In this document: positions 9,115 to 19,357 of the stretch, piece after piece
How the letters are laid out: each line of letters opens with the position of its first letter
Position numbering within the stretch: the stretch's first letter is position 1
Assembly (NCBI GenBank): GCA_022709735.1
Contig: JAKLIG010000003.1
Span: forward strand, 6,384 to 70,383
DNA length: 64,000 bases
Source of the DNA: Patescibacteria group bacterium
Lineage (GTDB): Bacteria; Patescibacteriota; Minisyncoccia; Moranbacterales; UBA2206
Reading direction: 5' to 3'
Made by a program: the position numbers and the translations under genes
The notes under the pieces: generated by a model
Databases searched by the model: none
What the model was told of the DNA's origin: nothing
The model's input: the letters and a program-made list of their open reading frames with translations, nothing else

Positions 9115-11349
9115 TCAAATTTTAGGCAGACTGACAAAAAATGTCGTGCCTTTTTTATCCGCTGATTCAAACGAAATTTTTCCTCCATGCGCTTCTACTA
9201 TCGATTTAGCGATATACAACCCAAGCCCCGTCCCTTCTGCTCCAGTCATAAGCACATTACTTGCTCTGAAAAATTTTTCGAAAATCCTGCTTTGCTGATC
9301 CTTCGGAATGCCAAGTCCCGAATCTTTTATGGAAAAAGTTGCCCTTTCTTTTTCTTCCTCACACTCGAAAATAACCCTTTCTCCTTTGGAAGAATATTTT
9401 ACTGCATTGCTCAATAAATTCTGAAAAATTTGCCTGATTTTATTTTCATCAACATTTAGAAAAAGTTCGCTTGGATGGCCAGCATCACAAACTATTTCAA
9501 TTCCTTTATTTTTTGCTTCATTAGTTTGTTCTTTTATAACTTCCTTGATAAGTTTTATCATATCTGTTTTTTTCTTTTCAATTTCGAATTTTTTTCCGGT
9601 TTCAATTCGGGAAACATTCAAAAGATCATTGACTAAACTTATCATTCTTTCGTTGCCAGTATGAATTTCTTTGATAAAATCTTGCTGTTCTTTGGAAAGC
9701 TTACTTTTTTTGTTTTCAAGAAGCAGTTCCGAAAACCATTTTATTTCCGTGAGCGGAGTTCGAAGCTGGTGAGAGGCCACTGAAACAAACTCTGATTTTA
9801 TTCGATCAATTTCTCTTTCCTTGGAAACATCTCGGAAAACTATTACACAACCTATCACTTTTCCCTCCTTATTTTTAAGCGGAGCCGCGCTGTCAGCTAC
9901 GGGCAATCTATTCCCGTCTTTTCTGATAAGCATAGTATGATTCGCCATTTCTTTCGTTTCCCCCGTTTTGATCGCTTCTTTTATAAATTCCTCGTTTTCT
10001 TTTTCATTCTTTTCAAAAATAAATTTCAGTACTTTATCATATTTCTCCCCAATCAGTTCACTACTTGAGTAGCCTGATATTTTAGAAGTGACTTCGTTTA
10101 CCATAATTATTTTGAGATCAGCTCCCACCACAAATACTCCGTCGCCGATACTATGGAGTATTGCATTAATTTTGTCCCGTTCTTTCGCTACATTTTCTTT
10201 TTCTTCCTCGATATCTTCCAAAATATTCAGAATTGCCGTCTGGGATTTCTTGAGTTCCTCGTTTTGTTTGCCGATTTTTTCCGCATTCTCTTTTTTTTGA
10301 GTCACATCACGAATCAATCCCTGAATTTCCAATATTTTTCCGTCCTCTTGAATAGGAACAATATCGAGCTCGGCCTGAATCTTTTTGCCATTTTTGCAAT
10401 TTGCTAAAATATTAAGCGGACCCACTTTTTCTCCTTGAAATATTCTTTCAAACAACTCCTCTGTTTTTGGATATTCCAAAGAAGGAAAAAAATCTATGAA
10501 ATTATTTTTCAACACCTCTTCTTGGAGAAAGCCCGTAATATTTTCCACTGAAGGAGAAATATATATAATCTGACCTTTTAAATCCATACGGAAAATAATA
10601 TCATCAATTGTTTCAGTTATAGATCTGAATTGTTCTTCTTTTGAGCGAATTTCTTTTTCGTGCTTATTTTTTTTGTTGCGATAAATAAAGAATAGAACCC
10701 AGAGGATTAAAGCAAAAAAGCTTATTGCTATGGGCAAGGCTATTGATTTCCAAACATTTAATTCCAAGATTTTCGCATCAATATCAACCCCTAAAACTCC
10801 GAGTATTTCTCCGTTTTCTAAGTTTTTAATTGGGCTAAAAGCTGAAATGAAGCTTCCCCATTTGTCAGAATAAGGACCCACTAAAATTGTTTCATTTTTT
10901 TGAAAGATCAAGTCTAAATCTTTAGGATAGTCTTCATAGACAGTGCCCGGAGCAGTATAATCCGGTGAATTTTCGTCCAGTGGATCGACAGAAAAAATCC
11001 ATTTTTTATTCTCGTTTTTCATCAAATAAATCCATTGGGCATTAAAAGATTTCAAAGATTCATTTATAAGAATCAGTTGTTCTTTTAATCTTTGATAATC
11101 AGGATTTTTCAGATCTTCATCATTTCCCTCAAGAGAAGTAAGTCGGCGGAAATTCACAGCGGCACTCGCCACATCAGAAATCTTAATCAGTTCTTCTCTT
11201 TCTTTGGCTTCAGCCCTTTGTTTGAAATAAAAAGTAGAAGCAACTCCAGTCACAAAAATAATTAAAACTCCGGACAAAAAAATAATCTTTGCAGAAACAT
11301 TCCCCTGAACTTTTTTCTTGTTTAATTCATTTTTTTTAAATTTAAACAC
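9115..11349 (-). CDS. Sensor histidine kinase (extracytoplasmic Cache-like domain, TM, PAS, PAS, HisKA, HATPase)
   Basis: 744 aa. H-box SHQLRTPLTEI. N/G-boxes in the C-terminus (LLSNAVKYS, DSGLGIPKD, GTGLGLYIAKSIVEAHGG). Confidence 0.8.
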   Translation of the reverse strand: MFKFKKNELNKKKVQGNVSAKIIFLSGVLIIFVTGVASTFYFKQRAEAKEREELIKISDVASAAVNFRRLTSLEGNDEDLKNPDYQRLKEQLILINESLKSFNAQWIYLMKNENKKWIFSVDPLDENSPDYTAPGTVYEDYPKDLDLIFQKNETILVGPYSDKWGSFISAFSPIKNLENGEILGVLGVDIDAKILELNVWKSIALPIAISFFALILWVLFFIYRNKKNKHEKEIRSKEEQFRSITETIDDIIFRMDLKGQIIYISPSVENITGFLQEEVLKNNFIDFFPSLEYPKTEELFERIFQGEKVGPLNILANCKNGKKIQAELDIVPIQEDGKILEIQGLIRDVTQKKENAEKIGKQNEELKKSQTAILNILEDIEEEKENVAKERDKINAILHSIGDGVFVVGADLKIIMVNEVTSKISGYSSSELIGEKYDKVLKFIFEKNEKENEEFIKEAIKTGETKEMANHTMLIRKDGNRLPVADSAAPLKNKEGKVIGCVIVFRDVSKEREIDRIKSEFVSVASHQLRTPLTEIKWFSELLLENKKSKLSKEQQDFIKEIHTGNERMISLVNDLLNVSRIETGKKFEIEKKKTDMIKLIKEVIKEQTNEAKNKGIEIVCDAGHPSELFLNVDENKIRQIFQNLLSNAVKYSSKGERVIFECEEEKERATFSIKDSGLGIPKDQQSRIFEKFFRASNVLMTGAEGTGLGLYIAKSIVEAHGGKISFESADKKGTTFFVSLPKI

Positions 11350-11354
11350 TTTTT

Positions 11355-12926
11355 TTATTTTTTAAGCCTATTAATTTCATTTTTTAGATCTATCATTTTC
11401 AATTCTCTCCCGACCATGGCCTTATTCAATCTTTCCAGTTCTTCGTTCTTCTTTTTTATTTCTTCTTCCGCCTTTTTCTGAATTGTAATATCTCGCACAG
11501 TAGCTTGCAAAAAGGTCTTTTCGCCTTTTTCCACTTTTGAAAGCAAAACAGTTGCCGGAAATTCAGTGCCGTCTTTTCGTTTATGCGTCCATTCGAACAA
11601 ATGCGAGCCATTTTCCAGCGCTAACTGCATCATCTCCCGTGACTTATCAATTGATTTAGCGCCATCTGGCTGATATTCTGGGGATAAATCTGCTGGCGTT
11701 TTAGACATGAAATCTTTTTCATCACGACAACCAAAAAGCTTGACAGTTGCCCAGTTGCCAGAAAGAAAGCCTTTCCCCGGAATAATCGTCATCATTGCGT
11801 CTTTTGATTCTGTAAAAAGTGCTCGATACCTTTCTTCACTGTTTTTTAGATCTTTCGTCATACTTTCCGCCAAAGCTAAGGCTCGTTTTCTGGAAGTTCC
11901 TAGAAAATAAATAAATCCTGAAAGAAAAAAGCTAAAGATTACACCAAATAATACCACCGTCACTAGCATATAAAATTCAAACTTATTCATTCCGTAATCC
12001 GGATCAGCTACGAAGTGCAAAGTCCAAACTTTGCCAGCAATATCCAAGGATAGATCATAGAAATAAGACCATTCCGCCTTGTCATCTTTTTCTTCCTCCT
12101 TATCCTTATCTGCATCATAAATATAGTCGTCCAGATTAAATTGGGAGTCATAAATCTTATCATAAGCATACATATCAAAATTGTTCCATTCTATTTTTTC
12201 CGCATTAATTATGCTATCAAAAAATTGTTCTGCTTCAACAACTACTCCGACATAACCGTTTAAATTTTCCCTTCTTTCCGCTTCAGTTTCGGCAGGAAAG
12301 TCATTTTTATAAATCGGCAGAAAAATTACAAAAGCGTTTTTGTCGCTTCCAATTATTTTAACCCTTTCTGTAATTGCTGGCTTATCATTTTTCAATGCTT
12401 CTTCCATTGCTGCACTTCGATTTTTATCCGAGGAAAAATCGAACCCTAAAAATGTTGTCCCTTCATCTTCGGGATAAAAGTATTTCAAAACTAGATGGCT
12501 ATTCTCATTTTCTTCCGGATAAATCTTAAAATCTGGATATCCTTCTGGCTTCAAGCTTGTATCATTTTTTACACTTTTAACAAAAGAATCTTTATCATTA
12601 GAAGAAACTTTTTCTACAAATTCAATGGCATAAATTCCGGGAAAATTTTCTGATAATTTTGATCCATCGCCAAAGGCCTTGAATTCACTTCTCTCCACTG
12701 ATTTACTGGCAGTATACAAACCTCTTAAGCTATACAAAAGATAAATATCTCGGCCAAAACGAGTGTCAATATCATTTGCAACTTCTTGAGATTGGCTTTC
12801 AAATTTTGCCCTGGCCTGCTGTCGGATACTTTTCTGAATAAAGTTATAGGCAAAACCAGTTACTACTAGCATAAAAATTAATAGTGCAATGGAGAATATT
12901 TTTGTTTTTGTGTTTCTTGTTTCCAT
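11355..12926 (-). CDS. Membrane sensor protein with large extracytoplasmic (CHASE-like) domain plus cytoplasmic PAS and coiled coil, no output domain
   Basis: 523 aa. TM at the N-terminus and about residue 320. PAS (EERYRALFTESKDAMMTI...ATVRDITIQKKAEEE). Ends in a coiled coil 5 nt before the HK gene. Confidence 0.55.
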   Translation of the reverse strand: METRNTKTKIFSIALLIFMLVVTGFAYNFIQKSIRQQARAKFESQSQEVANDIDTRFGRDIYLLYSLRGLYTASKSVERSEFKAFGDGSKLSENFPGIYAIEFVEKVSSNDKDSFVKSVKNDTSLKPEGYPDFKIYPEENENSHLVLKYFYPEDEGTTFLGFDFSSDKNRSAAMEEALKNDKPAITERVKIIGSDKNAFVIFLPIYKNDFPAETEAERRENLNGYVGVVVEAEQFFDSIINAEKIEWNNFDMYAYDKIYDSQFNLDDYIYDADKDKEEEKDDKAEWSYFYDLSLDIAGKVWTLHFVADPDYGMNKFEFYMLVTVVLFGVIFSFFLSGFIYFLGTSRKRALALAESMTKDLKNSEERYRALFTESKDAMMTIIPGKGFLSGNWATVKLFGCRDEKDFMSKTPADLSPEYQPDGAKSIDKSREMMQLALENGSHLFEWTHKRKDGTEFPATVLLSKVEKGEKTFLQATVRDITIQKKAEEEIKKKNEELERLNKAMVGRELKMIDLKNEINRLKK

Positions 12927-12949
12927 AAGTATATTTTTTATTTTATTAA

Positions 12950-13363
12950 TTAAAAATCAGCCACTTCTCTCCAAGAAGTGTAATGCACTGCGCTAATGAC
13001 AGTGTCCACTAAAATTTTAGTTTTACGAGTGATATTGTCTATTGTCCCAGTAGCGTTGATGGTGCGCGCTTCTCCAGTGCCGATAATAATTGCATAGGAA
13101 CAGCTACCACTTCCCCCAAAAAGATTGTTCCGCGTAGTTGTCCCAGAAGCATTTGAATTATTCCAAATAGCCATCAGGGCGTTTTCCGCGCAAGTGTCCG
13201 CTAAACTTTGGGCAGTCTTGGAATCAGCACTCTCTTTTTTTTCTTGCAAAGAAAAAACCGCCAGCCAAGAAAGATAAATTGCCATTGTCAAAACAACCAT
13301 TCCTAAAATAATTACACTATAAATCAAAACATAGCCATTTTTATTTTTCTTCATTCTCTTCAT
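12950..13363 (-). CDS. Type IV pilus minor pilin/pseudopilin (PilX-like)
   Basis: 137 aa. N-terminal hydrophobic pilin-like helix (GYVLIYSVIILGMV). In the pilin gene row. Confidence 0.45.
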   Translation of the reverse strand: MKRMKKNKNGYVLIYSVIILGMVVLTMAIYLSWLAVFSLQEKKESADSKTAQSLADTCAENALMAIWNNSNASGTTTRNNLFGGSGSCSYAIIIGTGEARTINATGTIDNITRKTKILVDTVISAVHYTSWREVADF

Positions 13364-13367
13364 AAAT

Positions 13368-13862
13368 TTATCTCAAACTGGCCGAACCAGAAAATGTTTT
13401 AGCATAATTTAATTCTGCTCGATTTCCCGAATTTAGATAGTCAGCGTCAAATTGAAAATTAATACTACCTTTTGTCGCATTGCCAAAATTCTTAAAACTT
13501 AAATTGGAAATTACTACCTGATTAGTGTTTAAATCAACGGCGCTAGCGCCTCCTCTTTTAATTGTCACTTTCCCGCTACTTAAGCTAAAAACAATCGTTA
13601 CGGCGTTATCCACAACGGTTAGCTGATTGGCTGATGCCCCTAGCGCTAATCCGGTAATTGTCGAACTGTTTCTAATTGTTTGAGAAATAATTTCCACAAT
13701 TTCATTGCCTTGCGTTTCCACTTCGCTAATGGCTTCATTTCTGTCACCTACTTTTTTGTTAGAAGCGATAAAAGAAACGATGGCCGCCGTCATAATACCC
13801 ATAATAGAAATATAAATCAATAACTCAACTAAACTTGTTCCTTTTTTATTTTTTCTTTTCAT
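13368..13862 (-). CDS. Type IV pilin-like protein (class III prepilin signal)
   Basis: 164 aa. KKGTSLVELLIYISIMGIM, a prepilin peptidase cleavage-type N-terminus (G followed by x-SLVE). Confidence 0.65.
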   Translation of the reverse strand: MKRKNKKGTSLVELLIYISIMGIMTAAIVSFIASNKKVGDRNEAISEVETQGNEIVEIISQTIRNSSTITGLALGASANQLTVVDNAVTIVFSLSSGKVTIKRGGASAVDLNTNQVVISNLSFKNFGNATKGSINFQFDADYLNSGNRAELNYAKTFSGSASLR

Positions 13863-13865
13863 AAA

Positions 13866-14960
13866 TTATTGCGAAGCAAAAATAGTGGAAATTTCTGAAG
13901 CTGGAAGGGCAACATTATACAAAGAAACTTCATCAATCGTGCCATTGAAGCGACTGGTGGTTGGATAAATTGCTCCGATTTGCAGTGTCCCAGTAGTTGT
14001 CCGAGCAACCAAAGCAGTTGTCACCGTAGTATTGCTCAAAACTCCATTGATATAAATTTTCAAACTAGTTGCGTCCCAAGTCATAGCCACATGCGTCCAA
14101 CCACTAGTGGGCAAAGTATTGCTAGCTGATTGAACCGTTACGGCCGTTCCATTTGTCCCTCCAGCCTTTATTACTCCTCCGGTTAACCGTCTGCCATTAG
14201 ATACATTTATATAATAAGCCAGACTGCTAGCAGCTGATCCTTTGTTAATAATTCCCATGGTAGAATTAGTGGAAGTATTGATCCAAGCCATCAGAGTCCC
14301 AGCTGTAGTGAGATCCAAAGAATTGGAATCAGGCGCTTGAACATAATCATTGCTTCCATCAAATTTTAAGGCTGAAGTTCCCGCTCGTTTTGTTCCCGTA
14401 TTCCATGTTGGAGAATCTGTTGGGCAAGTTGGTTTCAAGGTTGCATTATTTGACCCGACTTCGTCCGAAGCTGTGCAACCGGAATTATCATCAAAAGGCC
14501 AACTCGACACTGAAGCAGTTGCTTTAGTTTTTCGCCAATTAGTAAATTCTCGATTGATTGTCAAACTTTTATTTTCCCCTTTATATGTCCATTCAATTTT
14601 TGAAGCAACTTGCCAAGTATCAGCATCGGGAGCAGTGATATTAATTTTTCGCGTATAAATTCCTGATACATCTGAACTGCCTGATATGCCCCAAATATTT
14701 CCGCTTTTCGATATCCCATACGGTCCGCCAGCAGTTAGCGCAAAAAAATTATTGTCTTGAATGTTGCGCACCGCCTCTAGCCCTTCCTCCGCCAAAAAAA
14801 TAGCTTGTCTTTCTGCGCCAGAAGATAAAATATATTTGCTGACTGTGAAATAACTGGATGCAACAGAAGTAACAATAATAGCAAAAACAGAAGTGGCAAT
14901 AATCGCTTCTATCAAAGAAAAACCATTTTCATTTTTAATAACTAACAATTCCTTCTGCAT
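13866..14960 (-). CDS. Pilin-like protein with C-terminal LamG/concanavalin-like domain
   Basis: 364 aa. NGFSLIEAIIATSVFAIIV prepilin N-terminus. Ser/Thr/Asn-rich C-terminal half consistent with a LamG-type fold. Confidence 0.55.
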   Translation of the reverse strand: MQKELLVIKNENGFSLIEAIIATSVFAIIVTSVASSYFTVSKYILSSGAERQAIFLAEEGLEAVRNIQDNNFFALTAGGPYGISKSGNIWGISGSSDVSGIYTRKINITAPDADTWQVASKIEWTYKGENKSLTINREFTNWRKTKATASVSSWPFDDNSGCTASDEVGSNNATLKPTCPTDSPTWNTGTKRAGTSALKFDGSNDYVQAPDSNSLDLTTAGTLMAWINTSTNSTMGIINKGSAASSLAYYINVSNGRRLTGGVIKAGGTNGTAVTVQSASNTLPTSGWTHVAMTWDATSLKIYINGVLSNTTVTTALVARTTTGTLQIGAIYPTTSRFNGTIDEVSLYNVALPASEISTIFASQ

Positions 14961-15393
14961 TGATTTGAATATTTTTAGTATTAGTCCCGTTGTCTAAAAC
15001 CAAGGTTCCAATAGAAGTAGCGTATGGTAATCCGGTCAATTTATAAAAAATGATTTGAGTTTTACCAGAAACGCCCGAAAGACCCCGCAGAGGAATATTT
15101 ATATCATAAGATTGCGTCCGACCAGAAAAATTCGTGCCCTTGAAAATAAGGGCGCGACTTTCCGAAATATCAATCCCCCAAGCGTCATCATTAGCCATCG
15201 CCTTGGCCCTGCTTTGCGTTTTTCTGATAGCGTTTGCTACTTGCGCTTCCGAAATTGATAAATCACTTCCCTTTTTGAAATAAAAATAACCGCTGGCGCT
15301 CGTTCCGGCTAAAATTGATATTATTGCAATAACCATCAGCACTTCAATTATAGAAATCCCCTTCTTTTTTGTGGTAAAAAAAATATTTTTCAT
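14935..15393 (-). CDS. Pseudopilin (GspH/FimT-like)
   Basis: 152 aa. KKGISIIEVLMVIAIISILAG prepilin N-terminus. Confidence 0.6.
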   Translation of the reverse strand: MKNIFFTTKKKGISIIEVLMVIAIISILAGTSASGYFYFKKGSDLSISEAQVANAIRKTQSRAKAMANDDAWGIDISESRALIFKGTNFSGRTQSYDINIPLRGLSGVSGKTQIIFYKLTGLPYATSIGTLVLDNGTNTKNIQINAEGIVSY

Positions 15394-16490
15394 TTAATGA
15401 TATTGACCAGGTTGTAAATCGGATACATAGTTGCCAAAACGAAAACGCCCACTCCCAAGCCAACTATAATCAGAATTATTGGTTCAATTATTATCGGCAG
15501 ATTTACTGAAGTATTTTCCAATTTTATCTCATATAGATCACTGATTCTAAAAAATGTTTCCGGAAGCTTTCCTGATTTTTCTGCTGAATAAATCATTTGC
15601 AAAACACTAGTAGGAATTAATTTTTTTGAAGCCTTATATGACTTCAGACTTTCCGACATAGAAATTCCTTCCGATATTTTTTCTGATAAATAGCGGTATA
15701 ATTTTTTATAATTATTAAAGGTGGTGGTCCCCGGCATAATGCCGAGCGCTTGATTGATTGGAATTCCCGCTTTATAAATGCTTCCCAAAATATATCCCAT
15801 ACGGGTTATTTCGCTTTCTTTGATGAGCTTGCCAACAAAAGGCAAGTGAAAAATAAAGAGATGCCCGATAAATTTTGTTTTCGGAAAACTGAAAAGGAAA
15901 TAAAAAACCAAAGCAATAATAATGAAAAAGAAGGGAAAAATAATATACCCGTAATTAGCGATAAAAAAACCGAGCTTGATTAAAACTCTAGTAAGCAAAG
16001 GCAGTTCCGTATCTAATTCTGAATAAACTTTTGCAATTTGCGGGAGAGTAAACCAGGCCGTTCCCGTTCCGACAACTATAGTCAAGATTATTATAATCGT
16101 TCCGTAAAGAAGCGAGGAATTGAGTTTTGATTTAAGTTTTTTATCCTTGTCATTCAAAAGAACGGCTAATTTCAAATTGTTGACCAAATTTCCCGAAAGC
16201 TCACCGGCTTTGACTATTTCTATGATGCTTTCTTCGAAAAAAGTCTGCCTGTCAAACGAGTCGGAAAGATTCATTCCGCTTTGAATATCATCTCTGACCC
16301 GCCTTATTATTCTTCTCATTCTCCAGGAATGTGTTTCTTCTTCCAGTGATTCAAGCGCACCGGAAATAGGCAGTCCGGCATAAAGAAAGTAGGATAAATT
16401 TTCTATAAAATCATACGCTTTGTTTTTTAGCCCAAAATATAAAATTGGAGCCAGCCAGCCTTTAACTTTTTTATTTTTTTTCTCGTTCAT
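15390..16490 (-). CDS. pilC: Type IV pilus inner-membrane platform protein (GspF/PilC family)
   Basis: 366 aa. Two repeated T2SSF-like halves with 3 TM segments. Lies adjacent to pilB. Confidence 0.8.
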   Translation of the reverse strand: MNEKKNKKVKGWLAPILYFGLKNKAYDFIENLSYFLYAGLPISGALESLEEETHSWRMRRIIRRVRDDIQSGMNLSDSFDRQTFFEESIIEIVKAGELSGNLVNNLKLAVLLNDKDKKLKSKLNSSLLYGTIIIILTIVVGTGTAWFTLPQIAKVYSELDTELPLLTRVLIKLGFFIANYGYIIFPFFFIIIALVFYFLFSFPKTKFIGHLFIFHLPFVGKLIKESEITRMGYILGSIYKAGIPINQALGIMPGTTTFNNYKKLYRYLSEKISEGISMSESLKSYKASKKLIPTSVLQMIYSAEKSGKLPETFFRISDLYEIKLENTSVNLPIIIEPIILIIVGLGVGVFVLATMYPIYNLVNIIK

Positions 16491-16506
16491 TTTTTATTTT
16501 TTGAAA

Positions 16507-18147
16507 TTATTGCGGGGGAGCTACGCGGAAAACTTCTTCAAAAGTGGTGAGTCCCAAATTAGCTTTTTCATAAGCATCCTCAAAAAGAGAATTGGAACCT
16601 TGCTTTTTTGCCATTTCCCAAATTTCTTTCGAAGTAGCTTCTTTCATAATGAGCTCTTGGATTTCGGAAGTAACTTTAATTATTTGAAAAGCCGCGATTC
16701 TACCTTTGTATCCTGTACCATGGCAAACAGGGCATCCTTTTCCTTCATAAACATTTTTAAGATCTTTTAGATACGGAGAAAAATTCGCCGGAAATTTAGA
16801 AATATATTCCAGAGTTGCTTCTCGACTGAATCGGCATTTTTCACAAATTCTGCGAAGAAGCCTTTGCGAAACAACTAGATCCAAAGTAGAAGCCAGCAAA
16901 AATCTTTCAACTCCCATATCCGCCAGTCTCAAAAATGTCGTTTCGGCATTATTAGCATGGAAAGTGGTGAACAGAAGATGACCGGTTAACGCGGCGTTGA
17001 TTGAAATTTCGGCCGTTTCCTTGTCTCGAACTTCACCGACAAAAATAACATCCGGGTCCTGTCTGACTATTGAGCGAAGTCCCCTGGCAAAAGTTACCTT
17101 AGTTTCATTGTTAACTTGGATCTGATTGGCTCTATCCATCACATATTCAACTGGATCTTCAATCGATGTTATATTAATTTCCGGATTATTAATTTTTTTC
17201 AACATGGAATAAAGCGTTGTGGTTTTTCCGCTTCCGGTTGGCCCGCTGATGATAATCATTCCGAAAGGTTTTCTAATTTCCTGTTCAAATGTTTCCTGAT
17301 CTTTTTTTGAAAGTCCTAAATTTTCTATGCTTAGATCACTAATATGTCTTGAAAGAATTCTAAGAACTGCTTTTTCTCCTTTGATTACCGGTATGATCGA
17401 AAGCCTGATGTCAATCTCTTCCGTTTTTCCCTTGAAGCGAATAGCTCCATCTTGAGTTGATTTATGTTCATCCGTTCGAAGAGAAGCCAAAACTTTCAGA
17501 TAGTTGACTATGTTTTGATAATAATCAGCTGATATCTCTCCCGCTTCCTGCAAAACTCCGTTTACTCTGTATCTTATTATTGTTTTTTCACTTCCCGGTT
17601 CAAGATGAATGTCGGAAGCGTCAAGATTGATAGCGTCTTCCAAAATCTGCATAACCATTTCTGGAGCAATTTTATTTTCGGATTTTATAATTTCGGAAAA
17701 TCGAGCTGACAAATCTGTCTTGTAATGAGCAAAAGTTTTTTCTATATCTGAAAAGATTGCATACGCTATTTTTATTTTTTTCCCCTTAAAAATCCACATC
17801 AAACTTTCAATCATTTCCTTGTTACTTGGGTCACTAGAAGCTACCGTAACTTCATTTTTATTTTCTTGGATAAAAACAACATTGAATTTTGTAGCAATTT
17901 TTTCCGGAATTTTTAGAACTTGTTCAGCACTAGGCACATTAGTGTTCAAATCGGCATAAGGAACGCCAAAATATTCGGCCATAGCTTGGCCGACCAAATC
18001 CAAACTCAACAAATCATTTTCAATAATATATTTAAATGTGGAAATGTTGGCTTTTTTCGCCCTTTTTTCAGCATTGTCAAAATCCTCTTGAGATATATAT
18101 TTCCCCTTCAAAATAATGCCTAGTATTGCATTCTCATCGATATTCAT
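16507..18147 (-). CDS. pilB: Type IV pilus assembly ATPase (GspE/PilB family)
   Basis: 546 aa. Walker A GPTGSGKTTTLYSML. Asp box, His box and a tetracysteine motif (CEKC...CPVCHGTG). Confidence 0.85.
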   Translation of the reverse strand: MNIDENAILGIILKGKYISQEDFDNAEKRAKKANISTFKYIIENDLLSLDLVGQAMAEYFGVPYADLNTNVPSAEQVLKIPEKIATKFNVVFIQENKNEVTVASSDPSNKEMIESLMWIFKGKKIKIAYAIFSDIEKTFAHYKTDLSARFSEIIKSENKIAPEMVMQILEDAINLDASDIHLEPGSEKTIIRYRVNGVLQEAGEISADYYQNIVNYLKVLASLRTDEHKSTQDGAIRFKGKTEEIDIRLSIIPVIKGEKAVLRILSRHISDLSIENLGLSKKDQETFEQEIRKPFGMIIISGPTGSGKTTTLYSMLKKINNPEINITSIEDPVEYVMDRANQIQVNNETKVTFARGLRSIVRQDPDVIFVGEVRDKETAEISINAALTGHLLFTTFHANNAETTFLRLADMGVERFLLASTLDLVVSQRLLRRICEKCRFSREATLEYISKFPANFSPYLKDLKNVYEGKGCPVCHGTGYKGRIAAFQIIKVTSEIQELIMKEATSKEIWEMAKKQGSNSLFEDAYEKANLGLTTFEEVFRVAPPQ

Positions 18148-18164
18148 TTTTTTTATTTTTATTA

Positions 18165-18527
18165 TTATTTTAACAAAGTTTTTATTTTTTCCACAATTTC
18201 CAAAAGCGAGGTGTCTGATTTTACGATATAATCAAGCGCGCCGAGATCTTTGGATCTTTTTTTATCTTCCTCTTGGCTCAAATTGGAAGCAACCACCACC
18301 GGAATCTGATTATTTTGACCTTTTAATTTTTCCAAAATTTCAAAACCGGAAATTTTTGGAAGCATCAAATCAAGCAAAATAAGATCAAAATTTCCTTTTT
18401 CTATTTTTTGAAAAAATTCTCCCGCTTCGCTGGCATTTTCCACTTCAAATCCTTCGTTTTGAAGTTTTATGGTCAAAGCTTTCTGCATTGGTTTTTCATC
18501 CTCGACAATTATTATTCTCTTGCTCAT
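18165..18527 (-). CDS. Single-domain response regulator (CheY-like receiver)
   Basis: Receiver-domain residues IIVEDE, DLILLDLMLP, conserved K near the C-terminus. Start moved to the internal Met. Confidence 0.8.
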   Translation of the reverse strand: MSKRIIIVEDEKPMQKALTIKLQNEGFEVENASEAGEFFQKIEKGNFDLILLDLMLPKISGFEILEKLKGQNNQIPVVVASNLSQEEDKKRSKDLGALDYIVKSDTSLLEIVEKIKTLLK

Positions 18528-18610
18528 AAGCAAAAACATTAATTCTTAAGTGTCTAAATTATACCATAAAAAAACAAAAAATGGAAACTTAATGTTTGAT
18601 GGAAATAAAA

Positions 18611-18671
18611 AAACAGCCTCATGGCTATTTTGTGGTGGCGGAGGGACCAGATTTCTGGATTATCCTCCGCC
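18611..18671 (-). terminator. Tandem hairpin terminator after ORF 18672..18899
   Basis: Minus strand: ggcggagg...cctccgcc (8-bp stem enclosing the ccaga/tctgg sub-stem), then aatagccatgaggctgtt followed by tttttttatttcc. Confidence 0.5.
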
Positions 18672-18899
18672 TTATTTTGGTGGTTCGCTTACTGCTTCGC
18701 CACGATATTTTTCCAAACTATCTTCATTTGCTTTTCCATCCTCCAAATCCATGCTAATCTTAAATATCTTGAGTCCTCTGATAGCATAGATTCTCCACGC
18801 TGTATTGTTTTCTCCTTTTAGCTTTTTTGATAATTCCCCGTAATAAATCGCCCAGCGACCAAGCCTCTTCGCCAACCTTAACTCTTCATTTCTAGTCAT
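18672..18899 (-). CDS. Hypothetical protein
   Basis: 75 aa ORF followed immediately by the tandem hairpin terminator. No recognisable domain. Confidence 0.35.
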   Translation of the reverse strand: MTRNEELRLAKRLGRWAIYYGELSKKLKGENNTAWRIYAIRGLKIFKISMDLEDGKANEDSLEKYRGEAVSEPPK

Positions 18900-18911
18900 A
18901 TCCGTATCCTT

Positions 18912-19244
18912 TTATTTTTGAGAAAAATGCAATAGAAAAAGATTACAGAGCAGGATCTCTGGATCTGTAGGCATTTCCCCTTCTCTTATACAAGTAAGTT
19001 CTACATTTTCCCCAAATTCCTTAACTTTTGACTTTGCTTCTTCAAGAGAAGAAAACTTTGGCCAAATTTTGTAACTTTTTCCATCGTCGTTAACTTCCCT
19101 GGCAGCCACCAAAAGCATCGCCATTTTTTCATTGTACATAATTATTGCATGTGCAGTATTGGCGTTATTCTCAGATATTTCTCTAATTTTCCTATTGAAA
19201 CTTTCCATAATTAGCCCCCTTTCTAATTGAAAGTTATATATCAA
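18912..19244 (-). CDS. Hypothetical protein
   Basis: 110 aa ORF. No recognisable domain. Start may be an internal Met. Confidence 0.4.
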   Translation of the reverse strand: MIYNFQLERGLIMESFNRKIREISENNANTAHAIIMYNEKMAMLLVAAREVNDDGKSYKIWPKFSSLEEAKSKVKEFGENVELTCIREGEMPTDPEILLCNLFLLHFSQK

Positions 19245-19357
19245 AAATCTAAAAAAATATTCTTTTTTAAAAAAAACTACGACTATACTTTATAGCACAT
19301 ACCTAATCACAAAGCAAGCAAAAACATACGGCATAGCTTACAACATTCCAACATTCC

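Noticed and set aside
9115-12926. Single histidine kinase split by a frameshift
   Set aside because: The downstream ORF starts with its own Met-Lys-rich N-terminus, TM helix and complete periplasmic domain, so these are two genuine genes.
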